Positions 1 through 8,715 of a stretch of 64,000 bases of DNA are shown piece after piece. Every line of letters starts with the position of its first letter. Position 1 is the stretch's first letter. The DNA comes from Bacteroidota bacterium (GTDB taxonomy: Bacteria > Bacteroidota > Rhodothermia > Rhodothermales > JBCCMF01). Location: NCBI GenBank assembly GCA_038747545.1, contig JBCDJT010000003.1:15195-79194 (forward strand), given 5' to 3'. The position numbers and the translations under genes are program-made. The notes beneath the pieces were generated by a model that saw only the letters and a list, made by a program, of their open reading frames with translations, was not told where the DNA came from and made no database searches.

Positions 1-2
1 AG

Positions 3-362
3 CTGCGAGACATGCTCCCGCTCGCTCCGCCCTCGCCTAGCGAAGTCGAGGGCTTGCTCGATCATTTCAACGTGAAGGTGGGGCTTGCGCTGGTGAAGGC
101 GTGGAAGCTGCCCGAGCGTGTGGAGACGACGACGGCCTACCACAAGCTATACGCGCAGGCGCCCAGCTTCGAGGACGAGACCAAGATCACCTATGTGTCG
201 AATATGCTGGCGACGTGGCTCCTGAGCGAGAAGCCCGCGCTCAAGACCGAGTTAAAAGCCGATCCTGTCTTCGCCGCGCTCAACATGTATCCCGAGGAAG
301 TAGACGCTGTGTTGGAGAAAGCACCCACCGTGATGTCGGTCGTGGATGCGATGTGCGTCTGA
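3..362 (+). CDS. HDOD domain protein, C-terminal part (5' end lies outside the window)
   Basis: The frame is open to the left edge. The tail LVKAWKLPERVETTTAYHKLY parallels LVFEQWELPQAVSSAALYYRS in the complete HDOD protein encoded just downstream. Confidence 0.55.
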   Translation: MRDMLPLAPPSPSEVEGLLDHFNVKVGLALVKAWKLPERVETTTAYHKLYAQAPSFEDETKITYVSNMLATWLLSEKPALKTELKADPVFAALNMYPEEVDAVLEKAPTVMSVVDAMCV

Positions 363-395
363 GACGGTTTGTACACCATTAATTTTGAAAGCCTA

Positions 396-1271
396 ATGCC
401 TACTACGCGTACCCTGTCGCCTAACCAAGCAGCCGTATTGGACCGCTACCGCGCACGCATCGAGGAGCGTTTGCGCACCGGCAATATGGTGCTGCCCGTT
501 TTGCCTGAAATTGCCAGCGAGGTGCTGGCGATGAGTCACGACCCTGATCTCAATGCCCAAAAGCTCTCCAACCTTATCCACCGCGACCAAGCCTTAGCCG
601 CTAGCGTATTGCAGGTAGCCAACTCCGGCATCTACACGACGGGGCGCCCTGCCGTATCGCTCATCCAAGCGGTGATTCGCCTCGGGTCCACCGCCATCAG
701 CGAGATTGCATTCGGGCTGGCGTTGGGAGGCAAGGTCTTCGAGGCGCCGGGCTACGAGGATGAGGTCAAGGCGCTATGGCGGCATGCCGCAGCATCCGGC
801 ACGTATGGCCGCGAGATGGCTGCGATGCTCCGCACGAATGCAGAGGGACAATTCCTGATGGGCTTGCTGCACACCGCTGGGCAGGCCGCCGTGCTCCAGA
901 CCATCGTCCACGTACAGCGTAGCTCTGGCTGGCCGCCCTTGCCGGGGCCCTACGCATTCCAACTGATGGAAGAATTCGAGATCGAGGCTTCCGTGCTCGT
1001 GTTCGAGCAGTGGGAGCTTCCACAGGCCGTTTCGAGTGCGGCATTGTACTACCGCTCGCCTGATTCCGCGGGGGTGTACGCTGGCGCCGTGCGCATGGTG
1101 TACGGCGCCGACCGCCTGGCGACATGGCTCGTTCGCCCCCGGACCATCCGCTTGGACGACATCCGCCAGGACCCAGCCTACGAAAAGCTGGGGCTCTCAG
1201 AAGCCGATGTGAACCGCCTGATCGAAATGCGCTCGGCAGTTCTCGATGTTGTCCAGCTGTTAACGAGGTAA
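396..1271 (+). CDS. HDOD domain signalling protein
   Basis: LPVLPEIASEVLAMSHDPDLNAQKLSNLIHRDQALAASVLQVANSGIY is a typical HDOD N-terminal signature. I chose the ATG at 396; the track's TTG at 369 is possible. Confidence 0.75.
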   Translation: MPTTRTLSPNQAAVLDRYRARIEERLRTGNMVLPVLPEIASEVLAMSHDPDLNAQKLSNLIHRDQALAASVLQVANSGIYTTGRPAVSLIQAVIRLGSTAISEIAFGLALGGKVFEAPGYEDEVKALWRHAAASGTYGREMAAMLRTNAEGQFLMGLLHTAGQAAVLQTIVHVQRSSGWPPLPGPYAFQLMEEFEIEASVLVFEQWELPQAVSSAALYYRSPDSAGVYAGAVRMVYGADRLATWLVRPRTIRLDDIRQDPAYEKLGLSEADVNRLIEMRSAVLDVVQLLTR

Positions 1272-1275
1272 AGGC

Positions 1276-2703
1276 ATGCAGACCTACGACGTTGTTGTTA
1301 TCGGGAGCGGTCCAGGAGGCCAGCAGGCCGCGTTGCAAGCCGCACACGCCGGGCAGCACGTCGCGATGATTGAAAGTGGACGCCAGGTGGGCGGCGCATG
1401 CGTCTACACGGGTACCATCCCCAGCAAAACGCTCCGCGAGGCTGCCCTGAGCCTGCAGCGTATGAAGCAGCAGGCCGCCGCCTTCGAGGTCACGCTACAC
1501 GATGGCTTGGAGGTCGCCTCGCTGATGAGCAGGCTGGAGCACGTGCTCACCGCCTATGGCACGGCGCTGGCGGCACAGCTGGAGCGGGCGGGGGTCACGT
1601 GTTATCATGGACGAGGCCGCCTCGTGGGCGATCACGGTGTCGCTATCCGCCATGTGAACAGCACCACAACCCTCGTGCGGGGCGAGGCCATTGTTTTGGC
1701 TACCGGCTCACGGCCGCGCAAGCCCCCCGAGATCCCGGTGGATCACGAGCACATCCTAGACAGCGACTCGATCCTGAGCATGCTCTACCTGCCGCAGTCG
1801 CTCACGGTACTGGGCGGTGGCGTCATCGCCTGCGAGTACGCGTCGATCTTTGCGATGCTAGGCGTTGCGGTGACCATCATCGACCGAGGCAGTCGCCCCC
1901 TCGCCTTCATGGACGCGGAGCTGACGGGTAAGTTTGTGGCCACGCTTGAGCGGCACGGTGGCCGCTACCTGGGCGATCAGCAGATCGAGCACGTCGAGTG
2001 GGACGGGGCCTCGCAGGTAACCACGCGGCTGGCCTCGGGCGAGGTTATCGCGACGGACAAGATGCTCGTGGCGCTCGGGCGGTTTGCCAACGTGGAAGGC
2101 CTTGGCCTGGAGACGGAGGGTGTGGTGCAAGGCCGCCGCAACCTGATCAGCGTCAACGCCCACTACCAAACGTCGGTGCCCTACATCTACGCCGTGGGCG
2201 ATGTGATCGGCCCGCCATCGCTGGCGGCGAGCTCGATGGAGCAAGGCCGCCGCGCCATGTGCCACCTGCAAAACCGCGACCCGGGCCATGCATTCAACGT
2301 AGTGCCCGTCGGGATCTATGGCGTACCCGAGTTGGGCAGCGTGGGCCTCTCGGAAGACGAGGCGCGCGCCCAGCACGGCGACATCCTCATCGGCCGCGCC
2401 GACTTCGCGCAGGTGGCACGCGGGCAGATTGGCGGCATCGAAGACGGCATGCTCAAGCTCATCGCCCGCGCCTCCGACCTCAAGCTGCTCGGCGTCCATG
2501 TGGTGGGCGATGGCGCTACCGAGCTGGTGCATGTGGGGCAGATGGCGCTGCTGAATGGCAACAACGTGCGCGTTTTCTTGGAGAACATCTTCAACTTCCC
2601 CACGCTCAGCGAGGCGTATCGGCTTGCGGCCTCCGATCTCGTCCAGCAGGCTGCCGATTCGGGCAACGTCCCTGCCGTAACGCGGCTGCGGCGTGTCGCA
2701 TAA
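1276..2703 (+). CDS. sthA: Soluble pyridine nucleotide transhydrogenase-like flavoprotein (pyridine nucleotide-disulfide oxidoreductase family)
   Basis: FAD fold VVVIGSGPGG. GGACVYTGTIPSK has a single Cys, as in SthA, rather than the CxxxxC of Lpd. There is a second Rossmann motif (VLGGGVIACEYAS) and a C-terminal dimerisation region. Confidence 0.75.
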   Translation: MQTYDVVVIGSGPGGQQAALQAAHAGQHVAMIESGRQVGGACVYTGTIPSKTLREAALSLQRMKQQAAAFEVTLHDGLEVASLMSRLEHVLTAYGTALAAQLERAGVTCYHGRGRLVGDHGVAIRHVNSTTTLVRGEAIVLATGSRPRKPPEIPVDHEHILDSDSILSMLYLPQSLTVLGGGVIACEYASIFAMLGVAVTIIDRGSRPLAFMDAELTGKFVATLERHGGRYLGDQQIEHVEWDGASQVTTRLASGEVIATDKMLVALGRFANVEGLGLETEGVVQGRRNLISVNAHYQTSVPYIYAVGDVIGPPSLAASSMEQGRRAMCHLQNRDPGHAFNVVPVGIYGVPELGSVGLSEDEARAQHGDILIGRADFAQVARGQIGGIEDGMLKLIARASDLKLLGVHVVGDGATELVHVGQMALLNGNNVRVFLENIFNFPTLSEAYRLAASDLVQQAADSGNVPAVTRLRRVA

Positions 2704-2820
2704 TTGGCGAAGTGGCGCGTTCTAGCGGAGCCCGGAAAACGTTGCAGCACGCCGCGCCGCGATGGCGTACCATGCAGCCTCTGTTGACCGACACCTCTTC
2801 GCCACCAAGCTGCTGCGCCT

Positions 2821-3957
2821 GTGCCTCGCCACACCGTCCTCGACGCCATCGCCACCGGCCACCCGCCACTCACCCGCTCGCAGTCCTACGCGTCGGACTT
2901 CATGCAGCGCGTGACGAGCCTGCCCGCGCCCATCCGAAAGCGCATCCCCGCGATCTACGAGCGCTCGGGCATTGACCAGCGGCACTCGTGCGTGGTGGAC
3001 TACGGCAAGGCCGATGCCGCCGACTTTACCTTCTACCCGCCGGACTGGTCGCTCCAGCCCGCCCCAACGACGGGCCAGCGCAACGCCCTCTACCGCGAGG
3101 CCGCTGTGCCGCTGGCCGAGCAGGTGGCCCGCGACGCGCTGGCGCAGGCCGGCCGCACGGTGGACGAGGTGACGCACGTGATCGCAGTGACGTGTACGGG
3201 CTTCTTCGCGCCAGGCCTCGACATTGAGCTGGTGAAGCGCCTGGGCCTCAAGCCGAGCACGCAGCGCACCGTCATCGGGTTTATGGGCTGCTACGCCGCC
3301 TTCAACGGCTTGCGCGTAGCCAACAGCTTCTGCCAGAGCGACCCCAATGCCGTCGTGCTGATGGTGTGTGTAGAGCTGTGTACACTCCACTTTCAGGTCT
3401 CCGAGACGCTTGAGCAAGCCGTCATCAACGCCATCTTCTCCGATGGCGCAGCTGCCGCTGTGCTGTCGGCGCGTGAGGCGGCAGACGCTGACGGGGAGCT
3501 GGCGTACACGGCCTCGCACTGCGTCCTCGACGACGACTCGATGGGCCATATGACCTGGGCCATCGGCGACCACGGCTTCGACATGGGCCTCTCGCCGCGC
3601 GTGCCTGCCGTGCTGGCCCAGCAACTGCCCGCCTACCTCGACGGCCTGCTCGCGCCGCACGATCTGGCGCCTGCGGACCTCGACTTCTGGGCGATTCACC
3701 CGGGCGGCCGCGCCATCGTAGACAAGGCGCAAGCCGTGCTGAACCTGTCCGATGCCGACCTCCGCCACAGCCTGGGCGTCCTCCGCGACCACGGCAACAT
3801 GAGCTCGCCCACCATCCTGTTCGTCCTCGAACGTTTCCTCGCCGAGCACCGTGCCCAGCGTGCCGCGGGCGCCTCCGGCCTCAGCTGCGGCATCGCGATG
3901 GCGTTCGGGCCAGGCCTCACGTTGGAGGGATGCCTCTGGCAACGTGTAGGCGCATGA
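2821..3957 (+). CDS. Type III polyketide synthase (chalcone/stilbene synthase family)
   Basis: Catalytic Cys in GFMGCYAAF (codon 3289-3291), His in WAIHPGGRAIV (aa 293) and Asn in HGNMSSP (aa 326). GTG start at 2821. Confidence 0.85.
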   Translation: MPRHTVLDAIATGHPPLTRSQSYASDFMQRVTSLPAPIRKRIPAIYERSGIDQRHSCVVDYGKADAADFTFYPPDWSLQPAPTTGQRNALYREAAVPLAEQVARDALAQAGRTVDEVTHVIAVTCTGFFAPGLDIELVKRLGLKPSTQRTVIGFMGCYAAFNGLRVANSFCQSDPNAVVLMVCVELCTLHFQVSETLEQAVINAIFSDGAAAAVLSAREAADADGELAYTASHCVLDDDSMGHMTWAIGDHGFDMGLSPRVPAVLAQQLPAYLDGLLAPHDLAPADLDFWAIHPGGRAIVDKAQAVLNLSDADLRHSLGVLRDHGNMSSPTILFVLERFLAEHRAQRAAGASGLSCGIAMAFGPGLTLEGCLWQRVGA

Positions 3958-4110
3958 CGTAGTGCAGTAGGGGAAAGCCAATCAGAATCTGGTGGCCCCC
4001 CGCGCCATCGTCCGTACCTGCTGTACGCCGGAGCCCTGAGCGCGCCCGATCAAAACGCGCCGCTTGACGTATAGGCATTGGCCTACGTACGGCTCACGAT
4101 CCTCATCTCC

Positions 4111-4848
4111 ATGCGCGTTTCGTTTCGTTTCCCTCCGATGTGGATTCCGCTCGTCCTGGTAGTATGGACAGGAGCGATAGCATGCAGCACATCCGACGCG
4201 GGCGACGGCTACCTCTACCGCGAGGCGCGGCACTCTGAGGGGACGGGGAAGTTCTACCTGGGGCGCGAGATTGCCACGCTGAGCGTGAACCAAGACACTG
4301 CGTGGCACCGCCGCCCCACCCGGGAAGACGCCGAGCTGCCCGAGCGGGTCATCCGCGCCATGGATCTCGATGCCAACGACGTCATCGCCGACATCGGGGC
4401 GGGCACGGGGTTCTTTACGTTCCGCCTGAGTCCCGTCGTGCCGCGTGGCAAGGTGCTGGCCGTAGACATCGACACGGAAGCCCTCACCCAACTCGCCGCC
4501 ACCGCCGACAGCCTCGGGCTCGGCAACATCGAAACCGTTGTGGGCACGCCGCAGAACCCCAACCTGGAGCAAGGCGATGTGGATGTGGTGTTGATCGTGG
4601 CGTCATACACCGAGTTCTCGCACCCGCGTGAGATGATGGGCCACATTGTGTCGGCGCTCAAGCCGGGTGGCCGCCTCATTCTGGTGGAGTACCGCGGTGA
4701 AGATGCTACGCTCTCGGTGCCGTCTGTGCGGCGCATTACGCAAGACCAGGCGCAGCGCGAGATGCAGGCGGCTGGGCTCAAGCTGCGCGAGACGAAAGAG
4801 ATTCTGCCCTTGCAGCACTTCATGGTGTTTGAGAAGCCCATTGGGTAG
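4111..4848 (+). CDS. Class I SAM-dependent methyltransferase with N-terminal signal/lipoprotein-like peptide
   Basis: Motif I is VIADIGAGTGFFTFRL. The N-terminus MRVSFRFPPMWIPLVLVVWTGAIAC-S looks like a lipobox. Trimmed from the track start at 4078 to the ATG at 4111. Confidence 0.75.
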   Translation: MRVSFRFPPMWIPLVLVVWTGAIACSTSDAGDGYLYREARHSEGTGKFYLGREIATLSVNQDTAWHRRPTREDAELPERVIRAMDLDANDVIADIGAGTGFFTFRLSPVVPRGKVLAVDIDTEALTQLAATADSLGLGNIETVVGTPQNPNLEQGDVDVVLIVASYTEFSHPREMMGHIVSALKPGGRLILVEYRGEDATLSVPSVRRITQDQAQREMQAAGLKLRETKEILPLQHFMVFEKPIG

Positions 4849-4964
4849 ATATCCCAACAGGCCTGTTTCCGTTTGCAGAACGGTTGGGAAGCACCTTACT
4901 ATGGACGCATCACCACGTCGCCACGCTGTTTCCTGCCCCTTCCAGGCTCAACCTCATCTCTATT

Positions 4965-5621
4965 ATGGCGAAGCTGACGAAAATTATTCTGGTGGATGAC
5001 CATCCCATCATCCGCGAAGGCATGCGCACGATCATCGAGCGCGAGCCCGATCTCACGATCTGTGCCGAGGCAGAAGATGCCCACGATGCGCTGACTGCCG
5101 TCGAGGCCAGCAAGCCGCACCTAGCCATCGTTGACCTGTCGCTCAAGTCAACGAGCGGCTTCAACCTGATCCAAGACCTCAAGGCGTTCCATCCCGAGTT
5201 AATCATTCTGGTGCTGTCGATGTACGACGAAATGACGTACGCCGAGCGCGTCATCCGAGCCGGGGCGCTGGGGTACATCACAAAGCAGAACGCGACGGAT
5301 AACATCGTCGAAGCCATCCGGCATGTGCTGCAAGGCCAGATCTACGTGAGCGAGGCGGTCTCCGCGCAGCTGTTCCAGCAGATGGTGGATGGCAAGCTCC
5401 CGGCCAGCGACAACCCCACCTCTGCTTTGAGCGACCGCGAGCTGCAGGTATACCAACTGCTCGGCGAGGGCAAGTCGCCCCGGCAGATCGCGGAGATCCT
5501 AACCCTGAGCGTGAAGACCGTGGAGTCGCACATCGAGCGGATCAAAGCCAAGCTCAACGTGGGCAGCGGCCGTGAGCTGACGCGCCAGGCGATGGAGTGG
5601 GTCATCCGCAGCGAGCACTGA
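4965..5621 (+). CDS. NarL/FixJ (LuxR-type) two-component response regulator
   Basis: Receiver domain (ILVDDHPIIREG ... LAIVDLSLK) plus a C-terminal LuxR HTH (LSDRELQVYQLLGEGKSPRQIAEILTLSVKTVESH). ATG at 4965 (MAKLTK). Confidence 0.85.
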   Translation: MAKLTKIILVDDHPIIREGMRTIIEREPDLTICAEAEDAHDALTAVEASKPHLAIVDLSLKSTSGFNLIQDLKAFHPELIILVLSMYDEMTYAERVIRAGALGYITKQNATDNIVEAIRHVLQGQIYVSEAVSAQLFQQMVDGKLPASDNPTSALSDRELQVYQLLGEGKSPRQIAEILTLSVKTVESHIERIKAKLNVGSGRELTRQAMEWVIRSEH

Positions 5622-5628
5622 GCGAGCG

Positions 5629-7188
5629 CTACCCCAGGTAGCCCGTTGCCACGCGCGTGTAGGCATCGACCTGCGCATTGATCCAGGCTTCGTCGTGCCC
5701 GAATTCGTCGGCCATGAGGCGCGCCACAGCGGGCGCGGCCTCGATGCTAGCGCTGGCGTCGAGAAGCAGTGCTCGGGTGCGGCGGGCGAGCACATCCTCC
5801 ACGGTGCGTGCCATCTCGTTGCGCGTAGCCCACACGACTTCGCCCGCATGGTAGGGGAGGTCGTCGTGGAGCAGCGCATCCCAGCCTTCGCCCTCTTGCA
5901 GGGTCTGCTTCACGGGGGGGAGGTCGCTGCCGTAGACGGCAAGATGCCCGTAGCCGCTCAGCGTGTCGGGGTCGGCACAGCCGTGCAGCGCGAGGTCTTT
6001 GGTGGCCGTGGGCCGCTCGTCGAGGTGGGCAATCACAGCCGCCTTATCGACGGTTTCCTCGGCCATCTGGCGATAGGTGGTCCACTTGCCGCCCGTGATG
6101 GTGACGAGGCCTGTGTGCGAGATGTGGAGCGTGTGGTCGCGCGAGATCGCTGAGGTGTTGCCATCGGGATTGGCACTCACCAGCGGCCGCAAGCCGGCGA
6201 AGACGCTCTTGATGTCGGCTCGCGTCGGGTCTTTGGTGAGGTAGCGCGCGGCGTGTTCGAGGATAAACGCGACCTCGTCCGGGTAGGCACGCGGCTCCAG
6301 CAGCGGCGCCTCGACGGGCGTGTCGGTGGTGCCCACGACGATGCGATCATGCCACGGGATGGCAAACAGCACGCGGCCGTCGTCGGTGCGGGGGACCATG
6401 ATGGCGCTGTCGCCGGGGAGGAAGCTGCGGTCGAGCACGATGTGGACGCCCTGGCTGGGCTGGACCATCGGCTTTACGGCCGGATCGTCCATGCGGCGGA
6501 CGGCATCGGTGAAGACCCCTGTGGCGTTGACGACCACGCGCCCGCGCACCTCGTGCTCCGTCTCGCTCTCCATGTCATGCACGATGACGCCACTCACCAC
6601 CTCGTTGTGCTTCGTCAGCGCCGTGACGCGGGCGTAGTTGAGCAGGGCAGCGCCGTGGTCGGCTGCAGTCTGGGCGAGGTTGATGGCGAGGCGTGCATCG
6701 TCGAACTGCCCGTCGTAGTAGATGACGCCGCCGCGCAGCCCCTCTGGCTCAATGGTAGGCAGGCGCTCTAGCGTTTCCTTCCGCGAGAGGTGGCTCGACG
6801 TTGGGAAGCCGGAGCGCCCCGCCAACAGGTCATACACCTTCATGCCGATGCCGTAGAACGGCCCTTCCCACCAGTCGTAGTTGGGGACGACGAACGGCAG
6901 GTCGTGTACCAGGTGGGCTGCATTGCGCAAGAGGCGGCCGCGCTCGCGTAGGGCCTCCAGCACCAGCGCCACGTTGCCCTGCTGCAGGTACCGCACGCCA
7001 CCGTGTACCAGCTTGGTGCTGCGGCTGGACGTCCCCTTGGCGAAGTCGTGCTGCTCCACCAACAGCGTCTTGTACCCACGCGTGGCCGACTCCACAGCGA
7101 TGCCAAGGCCCGTTGCGCCTCCGCCCACAATGATCAGATCCCAGGTGTCGGTGTCGGCGAGGTGGGCGAGGGCAGTATCACGGTTCAT
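5629..7188 (-). CDS. glpD: FAD-dependent glycerol-3-phosphate dehydrogenase
   Basis: WDLIIVGGGATGLGIAVESATRGYKTLLVEQHDFAKGTSSRSTKLVHGGVRYL is a classic GlpD N-terminus. 519 aa. Confidence 0.9.
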   Translation of the reverse strand: MNRDTALAHLADTDTWDLIIVGGGATGLGIAVESATRGYKTLLVEQHDFAKGTSSRSTKLVHGGVRYLQQGNVALVLEALRERGRLLRNAAHLVHDLPFVVPNYDWWEGPFYGIGMKVYDLLAGRSGFPTSSHLSRKETLERLPTIEPEGLRGGVIYYDGQFDDARLAINLAQTAADHGAALLNYARVTALTKHNEVVSGVIVHDMESETEHEVRGRVVVNATGVFTDAVRRMDDPAVKPMVQPSQGVHIVLDRSFLPGDSAIMVPRTDDGRVLFAIPWHDRIVVGTTDTPVEAPLLEPRAYPDEVAFILEHAARYLTKDPTRADIKSVFAGLRPLVSANPDGNTSAISRDHTLHISHTGLVTITGGKWTTYRQMAEETVDKAAVIAHLDERPTATKDLALHGCADPDTLSGYGHLAVYGSDLPPVKQTLQEGEGWDALLHDDLPYHAGEVVWATRNEMARTVEDVLARRTRALLLDASASIEAAPAVARLMADEFGHDEAWINAQVDAYTRVATGYLG

Positions 7189-7262
7189 CGGGCTAGCAGC
7201 GTTGGTTAGATGCGGTATAAAGCTCTACCGCTATGCCTGCTCCGAAGTTCAGGAAGGGCCAG

Positions 7263-7300
7263 CAGGTCCGCAAGTCACAGGTCCGCAAGTCGCAGGTCCG
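7263..7300. repeat. 15-bp direct repeat, about 2.5 copies (caggtccgcaagtca / caggtccgcaagtcg / caggtccg...)
   Basis: Read directly at 7263-7277, 7278-7292 and 7293-7300. It lies in the intergenic gap between the glpD start and the M50 protease stop. Confidence 0.8.
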
Positions 7301-7372
7301 TGATGCGCGAGTTCGGTGGCGCATGCGCGAGAAGCTGAAGGAGGGCCGCCTTGAAAGCGTAGGGCACCCCCT

Positions 7373-7407
7373 TTGACCTTCCGACTTCCGACTTCCGACT
7401 TTCAGAC
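7373..7407. repeat. 7-bp direct repeat ttccgac x3 with degenerate flanking copies
   Basis: Perfect copies at 7379-7385, 7386-7392 and 7393-7399. The flanks are ttgacc and tttcagac. The segment gactttcagacctg matches 12/14 to the reverse complement of the 15-mer at 7263. Confidence 0.75.
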
Positions 7408-7420
7408 CTGCGATCCCAAG

Positions 7421-8638
7421 TCACACGATGGAGATCGGCTTGATGCTGAAGCAGAGCACAAAGATGATGATGCTCAGGTACGCCAGGATACGGCGGCCCC
7501 GCGTGAGCGGCTGCGGCCGCAAGACGGGCGGGTGCTCCACGCGGATCAAGAACACGATCAGCACGCACCAGATCAGCCATCCCGAGTAGCCGTAGTCGAC
7601 AGCGAACGTGCCGATGCGCGAGGTGACGGCCACGGCAGCGATCAGCACGAGCAAGGCGGGTGCGATGAGCTTGTGATCGCCCTTGAAGATCCGGGACAGA
7701 AAGAAGTAGAGGATGGACGCCAGGATGAACCACGAGAGCTGCCCGGCCAGCGGGTGCCAATACGCGAGGTCGGGCACGACCTCCACAAGGAAGCCGAGTG
7801 CGCCGGAGAACAGCAGCAGCACCACGAAGCCGCGCGCCAGCCGGGCGTGCCACTTCTCGCCTACGAGCGCATAGAGGATGTGCCCACCATCCAGTTGCCC
7901 CACGGGCAGCAGGTTAAGTGCGGTGAAGAACAGCCCCAGCCACGCGCCGAATAGGTAAGGGTAGTGTAGTACCTCGTAGTTGGGCGGCACGTGGTCGAAG
8001 AACTGCGTCATCAGCCAATAGAGCGGGGTCTCGCCAATGACCAGCACTAGGGCGTTCTCGTCGCCTGCCTCGCTCAGGCGCTCCAGCGGAAAAATGCCGT
8101 GCTCGCCGATGAAGCTCTTGAGCGCCTCATGGCCGGGGACGTCGTTGAGGTAGGTGGGCGGCGGCAGCGTGGCCAGCGCGTAGATCAAGAAGCCGAGCGC
8201 CACCACAAACCCCGCCAGCGGACCCGCCACGCCAATGTCGAACAGCTTGCGTGTGCTGGGGATGGGCTCGCGGATGCGGATCACAGCGCCCAGCGTGCCG
8301 AAGCCCACCAGCGGCAGCGGGATGTAGTACGGCAGTGAGGTGTCCACCCGATGATAGCGCGCCGCAAAGTAGTGCCCGAACTCATGGACGGTGAGGAAGA
8401 GCAGCAGCGCCCCTGCAAAACGCAGCCCGTCCAGGATCAGCCCCAGGTGTACCGGAAACGGCAGTTCCCCACCAAGCGGGAGCATAAAGAGTGGATCGCC
8501 CTGCGCCTCATACGCCAGCATCCGCCCGGCCAACTGCCCGCCCGAGAACACCGTCGTCAGCAGCGTAGCTACGAACAGCGTCAGGTGTACGCCGTAGCGA
8601 TCCTTGTACGTCTTGGGCGGCAGCGCGAGCGGTTCCAA
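7421..8638 (-). CDS. Site-2 protease family (peptidase M50) integral membrane metalloprotease
   Basis: HExxH in TVHEFGHYFAARYH and multiple hydrophobic segments. The start codon at 8636-8638 is TTG, with no nearby ATG. Confidence 0.8.
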   Translation of the reverse strand: MEPLALPPKTYKDRYGVHLTLFVATLLTTVFSGGQLAGRMLAYEAQGDPLFMLPLGGELPFPVHLGLILDGLRFAGALLLFLTVHEFGHYFAARYHRVDTSLPYYIPLPLVGFGTLGAVIRIREPIPSTRKLFDIGVAGPLAGFVVALGFLIYALATLPPPTYLNDVPGHEALKSFIGEHGIFPLERLSEAGDENALVLVIGETPLYWLMTQFFDHVPPNYEVLHYPYLFGAWLGLFFTALNLLPVGQLDGGHILYALVGEKWHARLARGFVVLLLFSGALGFLVEVVPDLAYWHPLAGQLSWFILASILYFFLSRIFKGDHKLIAPALLVLIAAVAVTSRIGTFAVDYGYSGWLIWCVLIVFLIRVEHPPVLRPQPLTRGRRILAYLSIIIFVLCFSIKPISIV

Positions 8639-8715
8639 ACGGGCAGAGAGCAGCGGGAAAGTTGAGCCGTCCGCCTACGCGAGCTAGTGGCTGCAGTTTC
8701 TCTGGGGCGTGAACG

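Noticed and set aside
2722-3981. 419-aa minus-strand ORF covering the whole type III PKS region
   Set aside because: It is antisense to a gene with clear catalytic motifs. Its translation is Arg/Ala/Gly/Val-rich with no motif, which is typical high-GC shadow ORF behaviour.
7263-7407. Short direct repeats considered as a CRISPR array
   Set aside because: The units are 15 and 7 nt long and directly abutting, with no spacers. No cas genes are present. This is not CRISPR.
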